The position numbers and the translations under genes are program-made. Source: Oscillospiraceae bacterium (lineage in GTDB: Bacteria > Bacillota > Clostridia > Oscillospirales > CAG-272). Taken from it: 64,000 nt of DNA. Each line of letters starts with the position of its first letter. Within the stretch, counting starts at the first letter, position 1. Under the pieces are notes generated by a model, which was given only the letters and a program-made list of their open reading frames with translations, was not told the DNA's origin and searched no databases. Positions 28,371 through 37,307 of this stretch are shown in pieces. The stretch is taken from NCBI GenBank assembly GCA_015063745.1, contig SVTO01000005.1, positions 6,990 through 70,989 on the forward strand, given 5' to 3'.

Positions 28371-29156
28371 TTAAATACGCAGCAAGGCTTCGCTTTCCCT
28401 GCGGATGGCACGGGCGGTGGCGTAGGGGGAAGTGTCGTTTTCGCGCAGGTAGATATGCTGTACCACCTGTCCGCCCGTACCTGCCCCGCTTCCTGTATTG
28501 TCCGTCAGTACACTGCGCTGACCCACACCGGCCAGAGCCTCTTCAATATACCGGCTGCCGTCGAGAATACCTTCCGCAATCCCACGGGACAGCATGACCC
28601 CCACCTCATCCTTCATCAGCTTCGAGGGAGAGGAGATTTCGTATACCTTTTTCGTCTCCGCCAGGGTCTGGGCGGAAACCGAACGTACTGCGGCGATGAT
28701 GGCCCCCGCAGAAGCCATGATGCCGGATGCGATCCCTTCGCTGATGGACGCACCCACGGAAACCCATCCGCCGGAAAAGAGATTCCGTACCCTGTCGGCG
28801 GTGGCCTGGGCGATGTGTGTCAGGGAAGCGATCCGCTCGGTGAAGCCGGATGTGATGCCCGATGCTCCGTTTCCGCCCGCACCCTGCCAGTCGGCGGATG
28901 AAAAAGCGAGAACGGCACCATGGGCGGCAGATGCACTCTGCTCATACACTCTCGCGGTCATGGTTTCCATAGCGGAAATGACGGCGGAGATGACCAGCAG
29001 CATGCCCGCATCCACCCCCGCAGAAGCAACCGCGGTCTGTACACCGGCCTGCAGTCGGGAAGACAAAGCGGAAAGCTCTGTTTCCAGCGTGCCGATCTGT
29101 GCCGTAAACTGTTCCGTATCCAGAGCGGCTTCAATGATTACCGATCCGTCTGCCAT
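28371..29156 (-). CDS. tail tape measure protein (unusually short, 261 aa)
   Basis: Position between the chaperone-like genes and Dit; Ala/Gly/Ser-rich helical sequence with ..EISSPSKLMKDEVGVMLSRGIAEGI.., typical of the TMP core. Confidence 0.6.
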   Translation of the reverse strand: MADGSVIIEAALDTEQFTAQIGTLETELSALSSRLQAGVQTAVASAGVDAGMLLVISAVISAMETMTARVYEQSASAAHGAVLAFSSADWQGAGGNGASGITSGFTERIASLTHIAQATADRVRNLFSGGWVSVGASISEGIASGIMASAGAIIAAVRSVSAQTLAETKKVYEISSPSKLMKDEVGVMLSRGIAEGILDGSRYIEEALAGVGQRSVLTDNTGSGAGTGGQVVQHIYLRENDTSPYATARAIRRESEALLRI

Positions 29157-29731
29157 ATAGATTCCTCCGTTTCTTTGTTTGTTTTCTTGGTGTTTCTGAT
29201 GCGTACCGATGCTTTGGCACGCCGTAATTTTCTGCGCGTTTCCTCATCCTTGATCCCGCTTATGTCCATGCAGCGCAGGGCGGCGGTACGCATGAAGGGA
29301 CAGTCCGGGGGCAGGGCGGTCAGCAGGGCTAAGAATTTCCACCAGTGCAGCTCACATTGGGTCAGATCCATACGGTACACCTGCAGAAAAGCCCCGTAGA
29401 TCAGGTCCCCGTCCCATACAAAATCAAACACCCCGCCTTTCGGTGCATTGCCGGAGGACGGGGCATTTTCGACGGTATCCGGGGACATCTCTCCTCTGTA
29501 AAAGGCCAGTAAGGCATCAAAGAGGCGGTGCAGATCCACATCGGGCAGCCTGTCGCCGCAGTACAGCCACAGCCCCAGCTTCATCCGGGAGAGATCGTCC
29601 AGATCCTCATCCTTCGCCAGTTCCCCGAACAGGATTCCCGTTCTGTAATCGGTACGGATGGGTATTCTGACCCCGTCCACAAATACCGCATCCGGCAGGG
29701 GATGGGTCAGAACGGAAGTGCGTCCCTTCAT
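29138..29731 (-). CDS. phage Gp15-family protein (tail assembly-associated)
   Basis: 197 aa; ..VRIPIRTDYRTGILF......D...R..L.L.L.Y resembles the Phage_Gp15 family. Confidence 0.5.
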   Translation of the reverse strand: MKGRTSVLTHPLPDAVFVDGVRIPIRTDYRTGILFGELAKDEDLDDLSRMKLGLWLYCGDRLPDVDLHRLFDALLAFYRGEMSPDTVENAPSSGNAPKGGVFDFVWDGDLIYGAFLQVYRMDLTQCELHWWKFLALLTALPPDCPFMRTAALRCMDISGIKDEETRRKLRRAKASVRIRNTKKTNKETEESIWQTDR

Positions 29732-30117
29732 GCGCCTGCTCCGTCCGCAATGGGAGAACGGCTCAGATGGATCGCCAGCGCACGTTCACGGAAACGCTGT
29801 TCCGCTTCCATACGGATGTCCACCATGGCCTGCATCTGGGCTTCCACAAAGGTGACGAAGGAGACAAAGGCTCTGGTGTGGCTTTCCGCACTTTTCAGAA
29901 GCCCGCAGATCTCCCCGGCGGATTCCTCGTCGAAGAGTACATTGAAGAAACGGCGGATGTCCTCGCACTGAGCGGCGATCTTTCCCGCAGGCGTAAGATT
30001 TTCCTCCGCCGGTTTTCTTTCCATGTGGATCAGCGCCTCCGTCAGGCGGAACATACAGCCTTCCTCGCTGATGTCAAACCAGTAATCCGTGTTGTTGTAA
30101 TGCCAGTTTTTGTTCAT
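29728..30117 (-). CDS. phage protein, tail assembly chaperone position
   Basis: 129-aa ORF between the major tail and TMP genes; ATGA overlap with the next gene. Confidence 0.4.
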   Translation of the reverse strand: MNKNWHYNNTDYWFDISEEGCMFRLTEALIHMERKPAEENLTPAGKIAAQCEDIRRFFNVLFDEESAGEICGLLKSAESHTRAFVSFVTFVEAQMQAMVDIRMEAEQRFRERALAIHLSRSPIADGAGA

Positions 30118-30190
30118 TCCATATCCTTTCCCGGCCGGGGTCTGCGGGAGAAACCCTGAAAAGCTTCTCCCGTATCCCGTACCGTATCGT

Positions 30191-30391
30191 TTAAGAAACC
30201 GTGTTTCGTTTTTCGATATCCGATTCCCACTTTTCCAGCCAGAGAAAGATCTTGGACAGGATGGACTTGAGCAGTCTGCAGAGCTGCAGGGCGAAATCCA
30301 CCCACTTCATGACCTTCCCGGCCGTGGGATTTTTATACTGTACTTCCGTTTCCTCCGCATCGGAGAAAATCATGTTGTTTTCTTCGTTCAT
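30191..30391 (-). CDS. small phage protein (66 aa)
   Basis: ATG 30391 lies 6 nt after GGAGG and 1 nt after the major tail stop: MNEENNMIFSDAEETEVQYKNP... The longer ORF-track version (to 30565) overlaps the major tail gene. Confidence 0.4.
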   Translation of the reverse strand: MNEENNMIFSDAEETEVQYKNPTAGKVMKWVDFALQLCRLLKSILSKIFLWLEKWESDIEKRNTVS

Positions 30392-30392
30392 C

Positions 30393-30881
30393 TTACGCCT
30401 CCGTGAAGGTGGAGGTGGACAGAACAAAGGTACCGGATACGCCGTCGGAAACGGACTTGAGCGTACCGGTGTAGAGCAGAGTATCCGTACCTGCGCCGCA
30501 TTCGTCGGGGATGACGGAATAGGTGCGGCGGCGTGCTCTGCAGATGCCGGATGTACCGGTTTCATCGAACAGATCCACGGTACAGATCTCCACCTGCGCC
30601 TCCTCTCCCGTGCGTTCGTAATCGGTAATGGCGCGGAGCTTCTCGATCACGGGATTGCTGCTGTATACCTCAAATTCGTAGTCGACGGTGGGCGCATAGC
30701 CGGTAACGTCCGTACGCTTGGAAGCCTCGTGGATGTAGCGTCTCTGGTAGCTTACCGCGTTCTTGGATTCGGTAAAATCCGTGAACCCTTCGCCGATGAG
30801 ACTCCATACAGGTGCGCCGGCGGTACCGATATTCATGTAATGCCGTCTGGCGGCACGGTTGACAATGGATGTTTCAGCCAT
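30393..30881 (-). CDS. major tail protein
   Basis: 162 aa; ..RHYMNIGT....W.LIGEGFTD..ES.N......RYI....K.TDVTGY resembles phi13/TP901-type major tail proteins; position fits. Confidence 0.6.
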   Translation of the reverse strand: MAETSIVNRAARRHYMNIGTAGAPVWSLIGEGFTDFTESKNAVSYQRRYIHEASKRTDVTGYAPTVDYEFEVYSSNPVIEKLRAITDYERTGEEAQVEICTVDLFDETGTSGICRARRRTYSVIPDECGAGTDTLLYTGTLKSVSDGVSGTFVLSTSTFTEA

Positions 30882-30896
30882 AATGATTCCTTTCTG

Positions 30897-31313
30897 TTAT
30901 CGTTTGGTGTCGTAAACATTGTATTCCAGTACAAAACCCGCCCGGTATTCCTCCGTTCCGTCCTCCCATACTGCGGATTTTGCCGGCAGCGTGGTCTGGG
31001 TGATCTTTGTGAATACCCTGCCGTTTTCATCCGGCGGCAGATGGTCTGCAAACCATTCGGTCAGGACATCGAACCGGCCCAGAACCGCCAGCTTGCCGAT
31101 GGGAGAGGTGCCGTCCGTGTACATGGATACCGCAAAGGGAAAACGGGCGGTGTAGGAGCCGTCTATGTATTTGCGGATCTGACGGCCGGCGGAAAGGGCG
31201 GTAATCACCCCACCCGGTACATTCCCCTCCGTTTCCGGCAGAAAATCCGACGGACGGTCTTCCCAGGTGTTGAGTAAAGTACACAATGCTTTGAGTATGC
31301 TTTTTTCTTCCAT
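30897..31313 (-). CDS. tail completion/terminator-like protein (minor capsid family)
   Basis: 138-aa ORF immediately upstream of the major tail gene. Confidence 0.45.
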   Translation of the reverse strand: MEEKSILKALCTLLNTWEDRPSDFLPETEGNVPGGVITALSAGRQIRKYIDGSYTARFPFAVSMYTDGTSPIGKLAVLGRFDVLTEWFADHLPPDENGRVFTKITQTTLPAKSAVWEDGTEEYRAGFVLEYNVYDTKR

Positions 31314-31319
31314 AAATGT

Positions 31320-31658
31320 TTATACCTCGTTTTTCGTCACAGCCCGGGCAGCCGTTTCACACCACAGCGCCAGATCCGCCGCCTTTGCCGCCTCGAACCA
31401 TCCGGCCTGCGCCAGAGGATGAACGGAGCGGGAAAAGGGACGCTTGGCGTAGTAGCATTTTCTGGCATGATCCGCCGTCCAGATTACCCCGGTGTCCGTC
31501 ACCGCACCGGAGCGGAAAAGCTCTCCCGTGCGGTAGGGAACATAGGGGGTACAGGACGTCAGAACCGCCTGACGAAGGGCCTGAGCGGCACTTTCCGCCC
31601 GGTTTGTGAGGGATGTCATGGTTCTCCCCGGCGAGAAATGTAGTCGGAAATGTACCAT
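31320..31658 (-). CDS. head-tail joining protein (Minor_capsid_2 / HK97 gp10-like)
   Basis: 112 aa; AAGGAGG SD 5 nt upstream of ATG 31658; ..VPYRTGELFRSG.. motif. Confidence 0.45.
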   Translation of the reverse strand: MVHFRLHFSPGRTMTSLTNRAESAAQALRQAVLTSCTPYVPYRTGELFRSGAVTDTGVIWTADHARKCYYAKRPFSRSVHPLAQAGWFEAAKAADLALWCETAARAVTKNEV

Positions 31659-31668
31659 AAGAACCTCC

Positions 31669-32013
31669 TTATTTCACACATTCCAGCCGATAGTGTTCCA
31701 CTCTGTCACTGCCGGTAAGAAAGGGCGTGATCTTCAGAATCTTCCAGCCATCCCGTTCGTTTTCGTCCGGATACATTCTGTCTCCGGGTACAAATCCGGC
31801 ATCGGAAAAAGCGCAGATACGGCCGGAGGCGTTTGTCAGCTTACTGAACCGCGGGAAGAAATAGACGACGGTACGGCTCTGATGATGCCCCTTTTCCGAC
31901 GCGGCGTATTCGGTGAACAGAACGACCTTATCCGCCGTGAATATGCGGTAAGCCGGGCCGAAGTTTTTGTCGTAGCCGAAAAGATGCTTGAGAATGATCC
32001 GATTCCTTTTCAT
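31669..32013 (-). CDS. head closure protein (Minor_capsid_1-like)
   Basis: 114-aa ORF in the connector module. Confidence 0.4.
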   Translation of the reverse strand: MKRNRIILKHLFGYDKNFGPAYRIFTADKVVLFTEYAASEKGHHQSRTVVYFFPRFSKLTNASGRICAFSDAGFVPGDRMYPDENERDGWKILKITPFLTGSDRVEHYRLECVK

Positions 32014-32022
32014 GATTTCACC

Positions 32023-32373
32023 TCAGATCCATTGGTTCAGCAGTCCCGCGTGGGAGAGAACCATCAGGGCTTCGGGACTGACCTCCATGCCGAGAACGGT
32101 AAGGGCAGGGGTACGGTATTCCGCACGGTAGTCCCCGATGGTTTCGGCAGCCAGTCCCGCACTGTCAGAGCATCCGGCGGTTTTGTCCGTCTGCAGACAA
32201 ACGGCACAGCGGATGGCATCGGCCTTCTGCGGATAATCCGCCGGGTGACGGGGCAGCAGAAGACAATGGATCACCGCCTGTGCTGCCTTGCGGAACTTTG
32301 CAAAATCCTCTTCGGAAAGCGCACCGCCGTATTCGTTTTTGTAATACGTATAATCCGTCACGGCGTCACCCAT
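32023..32373 (-). CDS. head-tail connector (gp6-like DNA packaging) protein
   Basis: 116-aa ORF directly after the coat gene (TAATG overlap). Confidence 0.45.
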   Translation of the reverse strand: MGDAVTDYTYYKNEYGGALSEEDFAKFRKAAQAVIHCLLLPRHPADYPQKADAIRCAVCLQTDKTAGCSDSAGLAAETIGDYRAEYRTPALTVLGMEVSPEALMVLSHAGLLNQWI

Positions 32374-33494
32374 TAACCCAGATAACGTACAGCCAGCTCG
32401 GGATAGATGGGCATAAAGCTGTAGAGCACATCCATGGAGAGAATGTCCTTCTTGCGGTTGATGTCGTAGCCGCGTACCACACGGAGGGAGATGCCGTTAT
32501 GGGTGGTCACGTAGGATTCCACACCGGCGGGAGTAGCCAGAGGACGGGATACGAAGGCAAAGGCATGGGGATGGAATACCAGGTTGGCTTCATGGCTGGG
32601 AATGAGGGTAACCGTACTTTCCAGAATAGCCAGATCCGGGATTTCAAACAGCATCAGGGAGAGGGTGTTGCCGGAGAAGGACACATCGTCCGCCACGACC
32701 ACATTGCGGGTCACGCCGTCCTTGCAGGCGCAGGACAGAATGTCACCGGGATGCACACTCTTGCCGGAAGCGGAATCGCAGGACAGGGTGATCATGTTGT
32801 CCACAATGGAACGGACGGAAATGTCGGCAGTCACTTCGGACAGGGAACCGGATTCGTGGCGGCAGACTGCCTGGCTCATGTAGTTTTCCACGCCGAATAC
32901 CTTGCCGATGGAACCGGTGCGCAGAGCCTTGGAGGAACCGCACTGATCGGCGTGCAGAAGGGCGGGGATCTGCTTCAGCTGACAGGCGGTACGGGGACTC
33001 CATACGGCGCATCTGCCTTCGGTGGGTACGCCCATGCTGTCCAGTACATAGGAAGCTTCGGCGAAATCGCTCAGGTCGGAGGGAGTGGAACCGGGGGTAC
33101 CTGCCACATTGGCAACAGCAGCATACATGGCCAGACCGTCCTTGTTGATCTGCTGTGCCAGAGCCGCGGCGGCAGGTTCCAGAAACAGTCGGGTCATATC
33201 GTCAAAGCTGCAGGCACTTTCCAGAGCGGATACTTCCACATCCACGGTGGCAATGGTGTCCAGCTTGACTTCCACGGTGTCTTCCACAACGGACTGGGGA
33301 GCGATGGATTCGTCGTTGAAGAAATGCTTGGCTTCCAGCTTGACGGGGCGGCGGATGACAACGGTGTCACCCTTCTTTGCGCTGTTGTGGTCGCCCAGAT
33401 CCTTGTAGATCAGGTTGGGGAACACCAGGTTGTCCATCAGTCTGGGCAGGGCTTCTCTGGCGATCTGCTTGGCGGAAAAAATAGAACTATTCAT
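32373..33494 (-). CDS. major capsid protein (P22 coat-like family)
   Basis: 373 aa; N-terminus ..AKQIAREALPRL.DNLVFPNLIYKD......KKGDTV.IRRP and C-terminus ..RGYDINRKKDILSMDVLYSF resemble P22_CoatProtein-family coats. Confidence 0.7.
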   Translation of the reverse strand: MNSSIFSAKQIAREALPRLMDNLVFPNLIYKDLGDHNSAKKGDTVVIRRPVKLEAKHFFNDESIAPQSVVEDTVEVKLDTIATVDVEVSALESACSFDDMTRLFLEPAAAALAQQINKDGLAMYAAVANVAGTPGSTPSDLSDFAEASYVLDSMGVPTEGRCAVWSPRTACQLKQIPALLHADQCGSSKALRTGSIGKVFGVENYMSQAVCRHESGSLSEVTADISVRSIVDNMITLSCDSASGKSVHPGDILSCACKDGVTRNVVVADDVSFSGNTLSLMLFEIPDLAILESTVTLIPSHEANLVFHPHAFAFVSRPLATPAGVESYVTTHNGISLRVVRGYDINRKKDILSMDVLYSFMPIYPELAVRYLG

Positions 33495-33532
33495 AAAAAA
33501 TCTCCTTTTCTTTTAAAAAATTACGTTTGGGA

Positions 33533-33949
33533 TCAGAAACGGCGGACGAAGCGGTAGTATTCCGCATCGGTCATGCTGTCCGGATCGGCGAAGGGTGTGC
33601 CGTGGGAAAGACCGGTGGCGGTTTTCTCTCCCTCGGCGGTGCTGTGGAACAGGTAGGGATCACTGATGCGGAGCTTGTCAAGCTGTTCCTTCAGTCCGCA
33701 GATGCCCTCTTCCCCATAGGTAATGGCGGACATATCCAGCACTTTGGCGGCAAGGGCAGGGTTTTTCGCACCCATGCGGGCCAGCGCATATTTGGTTTCA
33801 TGCTCGATCTGCATTCTGGCAAGGTCGGCGGTGTGTTTTTCTTCCATCTGACGGATCTGCTCGCGCAGGGTATCCGCTTCGGTGGGCACCTTTTCTTCCG
33901 CCGGGGGAAGTTCGGTTTCGGGGGTGTTTGTCATTTTGGTTTCATCCAT
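33533..33949 (-). CDS. capsid scaffolding protein (GP20-like)
   Basis: ~138-aa charged helical protein between portal and coat; AAGGAG SD upstream of ATG 33949 (the ORF track starts at 33976). Confidence 0.5.
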   Translation of the reverse strand: MDETKMTNTPETELPPAEEKVPTEADTLREQIRQMEEKHTADLARMQIEHETKYALARMGAKNPALAAKVLDMSAITYGEEGICGLKEQLDKLRISDPYLFHSTAEGEKTATGLSHGTPFADPDSMTDAEYYRFVRRF

Positions 33950-33985
33950 GTGCAAAATTCTCCTTTTCGTGGGCATCCGTCGGGT

Positions 33986-35356
33986 TTACGCACCGATATG
34001 CCATTTTTGTCTGTATTCTTCCTGCGTCAGAAGGCCCGCTTCCACCTCCCGCAGATCCCGGCTTCTTTCGGATTCGGAATCCACGAAATAGCTGTCGTCA
34101 TACCGTATGTGTACAGCGGACATGCTGTTCATGGGCAGGCCGAGAACGAATTCGCCCAGCCACAGTACCGGACGGATCACGGCACGCAGGAAAGCGGTCA
34201 TGTTCTGCTGATGCTTGCTCAGATTCTGGCGCATATCCTGTCTCTCTCCCATGTACTGGGTGGCGGTCAGCTGCGCCTTGCCCTGTACGCCGGAGAAGAG
34301 ATAATGCCTTGTCCCGAACCCGCAGCGGAAGGACAGGTAGTCAAGCTGTGCCTGTAGCGCATCGCGGTTTTCCTCGGAACGGAGGCTGGGATTGTGTTCG
34401 GTGATCATGGGCGTATCCGCAATATCCCCGTCGCCGATGGTCACGAACAGCTGCTGCGCCACATCGTCCGGGGTGTACAGATTGCCGTTGTCGTCCCGGT
34501 TCACGAGGGACTGGTTGATGAACACCTTTTTGCCGCCCAGCTTCAGGTCACGGCAGAAATTGTTGAACGCCAGATCCACACCCTTGAGACAGTCGATGGC
34601 ATCGGCAAAAATCGACTGACCCAGTCCGCATCCCTCGTCCACGGCGTTGTGGATATTGGGCGTCAGGATGCTGAAGAAGGGGAAGGGACAGCCGGTGCGG
34701 ATCTCCTCGGGCGGCATCCCCGGACGGCGGATTTCGGTGAGGGAACCGTCCACCTCGCCGAAGTATCGGTTGCGGATCACATAACCGTCCTCTTCCTTGG
34801 TGTGGATCTCCGCATAGAGGATCGTCTCGCCCCTGTTCCGGATTTCGGAAATAAAGGCCGCCTCCGTGATCCTGCCTTCTTCTGCGGAGATGGGGAGAAT
34901 GTGTCCCGCATCCACAAAATCGAAGGAGAGTGTCAGGGGTATTCCGGCGGCTTCGGTCAGATTCGTGCATCCCTTGGGCAGATCCCTGACACGGAGCAGA
35001 CAGGCACCGCTGCCCAGCGCAAAGGCCTTTTCCACCAGATGGTTGCATCTGCGCCAGAAATCCGTGTTGTCCAGTAAGATACCGACCCACTTTTCGGCGG
35101 CGGGATCATCGAGCTGCAGGTAGGTTTTGTCGTTGAACAGCAGGGATGCCCAGTCCTCGCACACTTTTTTGGCCATGTGCAGACGGTACATTTCCCGTTT
35201 TACCGGACGGCCGAATGCGGCGTTTTCCCAGTATTCGTGGAAGCGGTGCTCCTTCCCCTGCCACCAGCTCTGCCAGAGATCGATCATGCGGTAGATTCCC
35301 GTACCCGCCGTGCATCCGTACTGCTGACCGATCAGGTCTAAAATTTCGTTTTGCAT
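33986..35356 (-). CDS. portal protein (SPP1 Gp6-like)
   Basis: 456 aa after the large terminase; ..W..WW.G...FH.Y........R....L.MAKKVCEDWASLL.N. is typical of SPP1-type portals. Confidence 0.8.
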   Translation of the reverse strand: MQNEILDLIGQQYGCTAGTGIYRMIDLWQSWWQGKEHRFHEYWENAAFGRPVKREMYRLHMAKKVCEDWASLLFNDKTYLQLDDPAAEKWVGILLDNTDFWRRCNHLVEKAFALGSGACLLRVRDLPKGCTNLTEAAGIPLTLSFDFVDAGHILPISAEEGRITEAAFISEIRNRGETILYAEIHTKEEDGYVIRNRYFGEVDGSLTEIRRPGMPPEEIRTGCPFPFFSILTPNIHNAVDEGCGLGQSIFADAIDCLKGVDLAFNNFCRDLKLGGKKVFINQSLVNRDDNGNLYTPDDVAQQLFVTIGDGDIADTPMITEHNPSLRSEENRDALQAQLDYLSFRCGFGTRHYLFSGVQGKAQLTATQYMGERQDMRQNLSKHQQNMTAFLRAVIRPVLWLGEFVLGLPMNSMSAVHIRYDDSYFVDSESERSRDLREVEAGLLTQEEYRQKWHIGA

Positions 35357-35383
35357 AAATGTTTCCTTTCCAAAGAATTGTAA

Positions 35384-36694
35384 TCAGACTTTGCCCATAT
35401 ACCGCTCCACGGCATATTCCATAGCATCCAGAATGTCTATGTCCGAGGTAAAGTCATCCTTGCGCCGGTCCGCACCTTCCGTGTCATCCCATACCGCTTC
35501 GGCCAGACCGGCAGCCAGACGGGGACAGTCCTCCGTGAGATGGAACCGTCCCGCCGTCATCAGGCCGTTGATAAAGGCGATACGGTCGGCAATGGGACGC
35601 TTGGCGCAGTCGGTGATGATCACACCCTCCCCGTGGGGAACAGCCCGGCGGAGTCCGTTGATCAGATACTGGGCTTCGCTGTCGCAAAAAACGTAGCGGA
35701 TGGGCAGGCGGGGGAATTTGCTGCGCAGTCCGGCCAGAAAGGAGAGAAACTCCCTGTTGATGCGTCCGGGATCAATATCCCCCTTGTCCCCCTGCACCGT
35801 ATGCTCTCCGATGGCAATGACACCGCCGGACAGCGGAAAACCCATGGCGGCGAATACGGTTTTGGAGCGGTTTCCGCCGAAGTCCACGCCGATGTTGCAG
35901 AATTTCATGGGCGGCAGACCGGAGAGGGGCAGAATGAATTTCTCCGGTGCATCGGCGAAGGTGCGGTAGATCAGTCCTTCCGCGGCACAGCGCAGACCGA
36001 GTATGTCCCGGCGGTACCAGACGGAGGACTTGTCGTACTGCGCCTCGATTTCGGCAAGCCTGTCCGGCGTGATCACGGGGTTGTCCCGGATGGTAAAATG
36101 GGCGTAATTGCAGAAACCGGGATTCCCGTCGGCGGTATAGGGGTCGATATACTGCCGGTAGATGGAAGCGGAAGGGGATGTGGGATTCAAGTCCCAGAAG
36201 ATTTTCCGGCGGCGGGCGGCGAGGGTACGGTTGAAGGCCTCTTTGATGAAGCTGTCGTGATGGTGGTTGATCTCGGTGGCGATCCACATTCCGTAGGAAT
36301 TGCCGCGGATCCGTTTGCAGGCATCCGCATTTTTGCCGCCGGCGAAGATCACCGCCTTTTCACCGCTTTTCGTCTGAATACGCAGACATTCGTTATCCTT
36401 ATACCGTCCCCATGCGCACCGTCCGCGGAAGATCCGCTCAAGACCCAGACCGTTGCAGTCTCCCAGATTGAGTTTCGCATTGCCGATGGTGGCACCGGTT
36501 GCCAGATGCAGCCTGTCGGGGGCATCCTCCAGCAGAGCGGCGAAGACAAACACATTGTCCACTGTCTTCCCGGCACGCACCGCACCTTCGGCAATGTTCA
36601 CGGTACATTCCATGGCACGCCGCATATAGTCCCGGTGCTTATCCCCGAAACAGAACGGCGGCATATCCGTGTACCCTGCGCACACATCCTCCAT
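35384..36694 (-). CDS. terminase large subunit (PBSX family)
   Basis: 436 aa; Walker A-like EGAVRAGKT; ..IATEINHH.. ; C-terminal nuclease ..GVDFGGNRS......DILDAMEYA. Confidence 0.85.
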   Translation of the reverse strand: MEDVCAGYTDMPPFCFGDKHRDYMRRAMECTVNIAEGAVRAGKTVDNVFVFAALLEDAPDRLHLATGATIGNAKLNLGDCNGLGLERIFRGRCAWGRYKDNECLRIQTKSGEKAVIFAGGKNADACKRIRGNSYGMWIATEINHHHDSFIKEAFNRTLAARRRKIFWDLNPTSPSASIYRQYIDPYTADGNPGFCNYAHFTIRDNPVITPDRLAEIEAQYDKSSVWYRRDILGLRCAAEGLIYRTFADAPEKFILPLSGLPPMKFCNIGVDFGGNRSKTVFAAMGFPLSGGVIAIGEHTVQGDKGDIDPGRINREFLSFLAGLRSKFPRLPIRYVFCDSEAQYLINGLRRAVPHGEGVIITDCAKRPIADRIAFINGLMTAGRFHLTEDCPRLAAGLAEAVWDDTEGADRRKDDFTSDIDILDAMEYAVERYMGKV

Positions 36695-36722
36695 TTTTTC
36701 ACATCCTTTCCCATGATTTCAG

Positions 36723-37109
36723 TTACCCATCCTGCTCCTGACGGAATATATTTGCCCGCAGAGCCATCATTTCCGGACTGGCTTCGGCGGCGGCAAAGCC
36801 CAGCGCGGGATTGGCACGGACATCCTTCCACAGTTCAAAATAGAGCTTGATGGCCTGAATATTCCCGTCCCGCGCCAGGGTCAGCAGCTGCTGCCATATC
36901 TCCGCGGCATATATTCCCGCATATTCCCTGGCCAGCTGCACGACCGCGGATCCGAACGCCGCATCCCGCAGCCACGCAAGCATATCCGTTTCGGATACAT
37001 CGGTCTGTGAGAGGGCGCCCGCGATCTGTTCCCCTGCCGTCAGTCCGCCGAAGCTGTTTTTGACGACGGCATTGGCGGTGTCGATTTGTTTTTCCGTCGT
37101 ATCGCTCAC
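36723..37109 (-). CDS. putative terminase small subunit / HTH DNA-packaging protein (start uncertain)
   Basis: C-terminus ..LARDGNIQAIKLYFELW.. is typical of small terminase/phBC6A51-type HTH proteins. GTG 37109 abuts the GGAGG with no spacer. The upstream ATG 37262 would run through a terminator and a promoter. Confidence 0.45.
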   Translation of the reverse strand: MSDTTEKQIDTANAVVKNSFGGLTAGEQIAGALSQTDVSETDMLAWLRDAAFGSAVVQLAREYAGIYAAEIWQQLLTLARDGNIQAIKLYFELWKDVRANPALGFAAAEASPEMMALRANIFRQEQDG

Positions 37110-37125
37110 CTCCTTTCGTGAAACC

Positions 37126-37155
37126 AGTATACCACAGCGAACATTTGTTTGTCGT
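37126..37155 (-). promoter_or_regulatory. candidate late promoter (extended -10, weak -35)
   Basis: Minus strand acGACA-18 nt-TGgTATACT, ~15 nt upstream of the GAAAGGAGG SD of the small-terminase-like gene. Confidence 0.4.
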
Positions 37156-37235
37156 CCCGTGATTATGGCGGAGGAATGGGGAGAAAGTTGCAGAAAAGTG
37201 GCAGAAAAGGGATGGAAAAATCCACATAATCCCGT

Positions 37236-37282
37236 AAAAACAAAAAACAGCAGGGGATGCATGGTAAAACATCCGCTGCTGT
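37236..37282 (-). terminator. intrinsic terminator between the regulator and the structural operon
   Basis: Minus strand ACAGCAG(C)GGAT-loop-ATCC(C)CTGCTGT followed by TTTTTTGTTTTT. Confidence 0.65.
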
Positions 37283-37307
37283 GGGGGAAAGGGGAGGATG
37301 GGAGGGA

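Noticed and set aside
36723-37262. Full 179-aa version of the small-terminase-like ORF starting at ATG 37262
   Set aside because: The first ~50 codons (MHPLLFFVFTGLCGFF...) overlap the intrinsic terminator and the candidate late promoter and look non-protein-like. The start is still unresolved.
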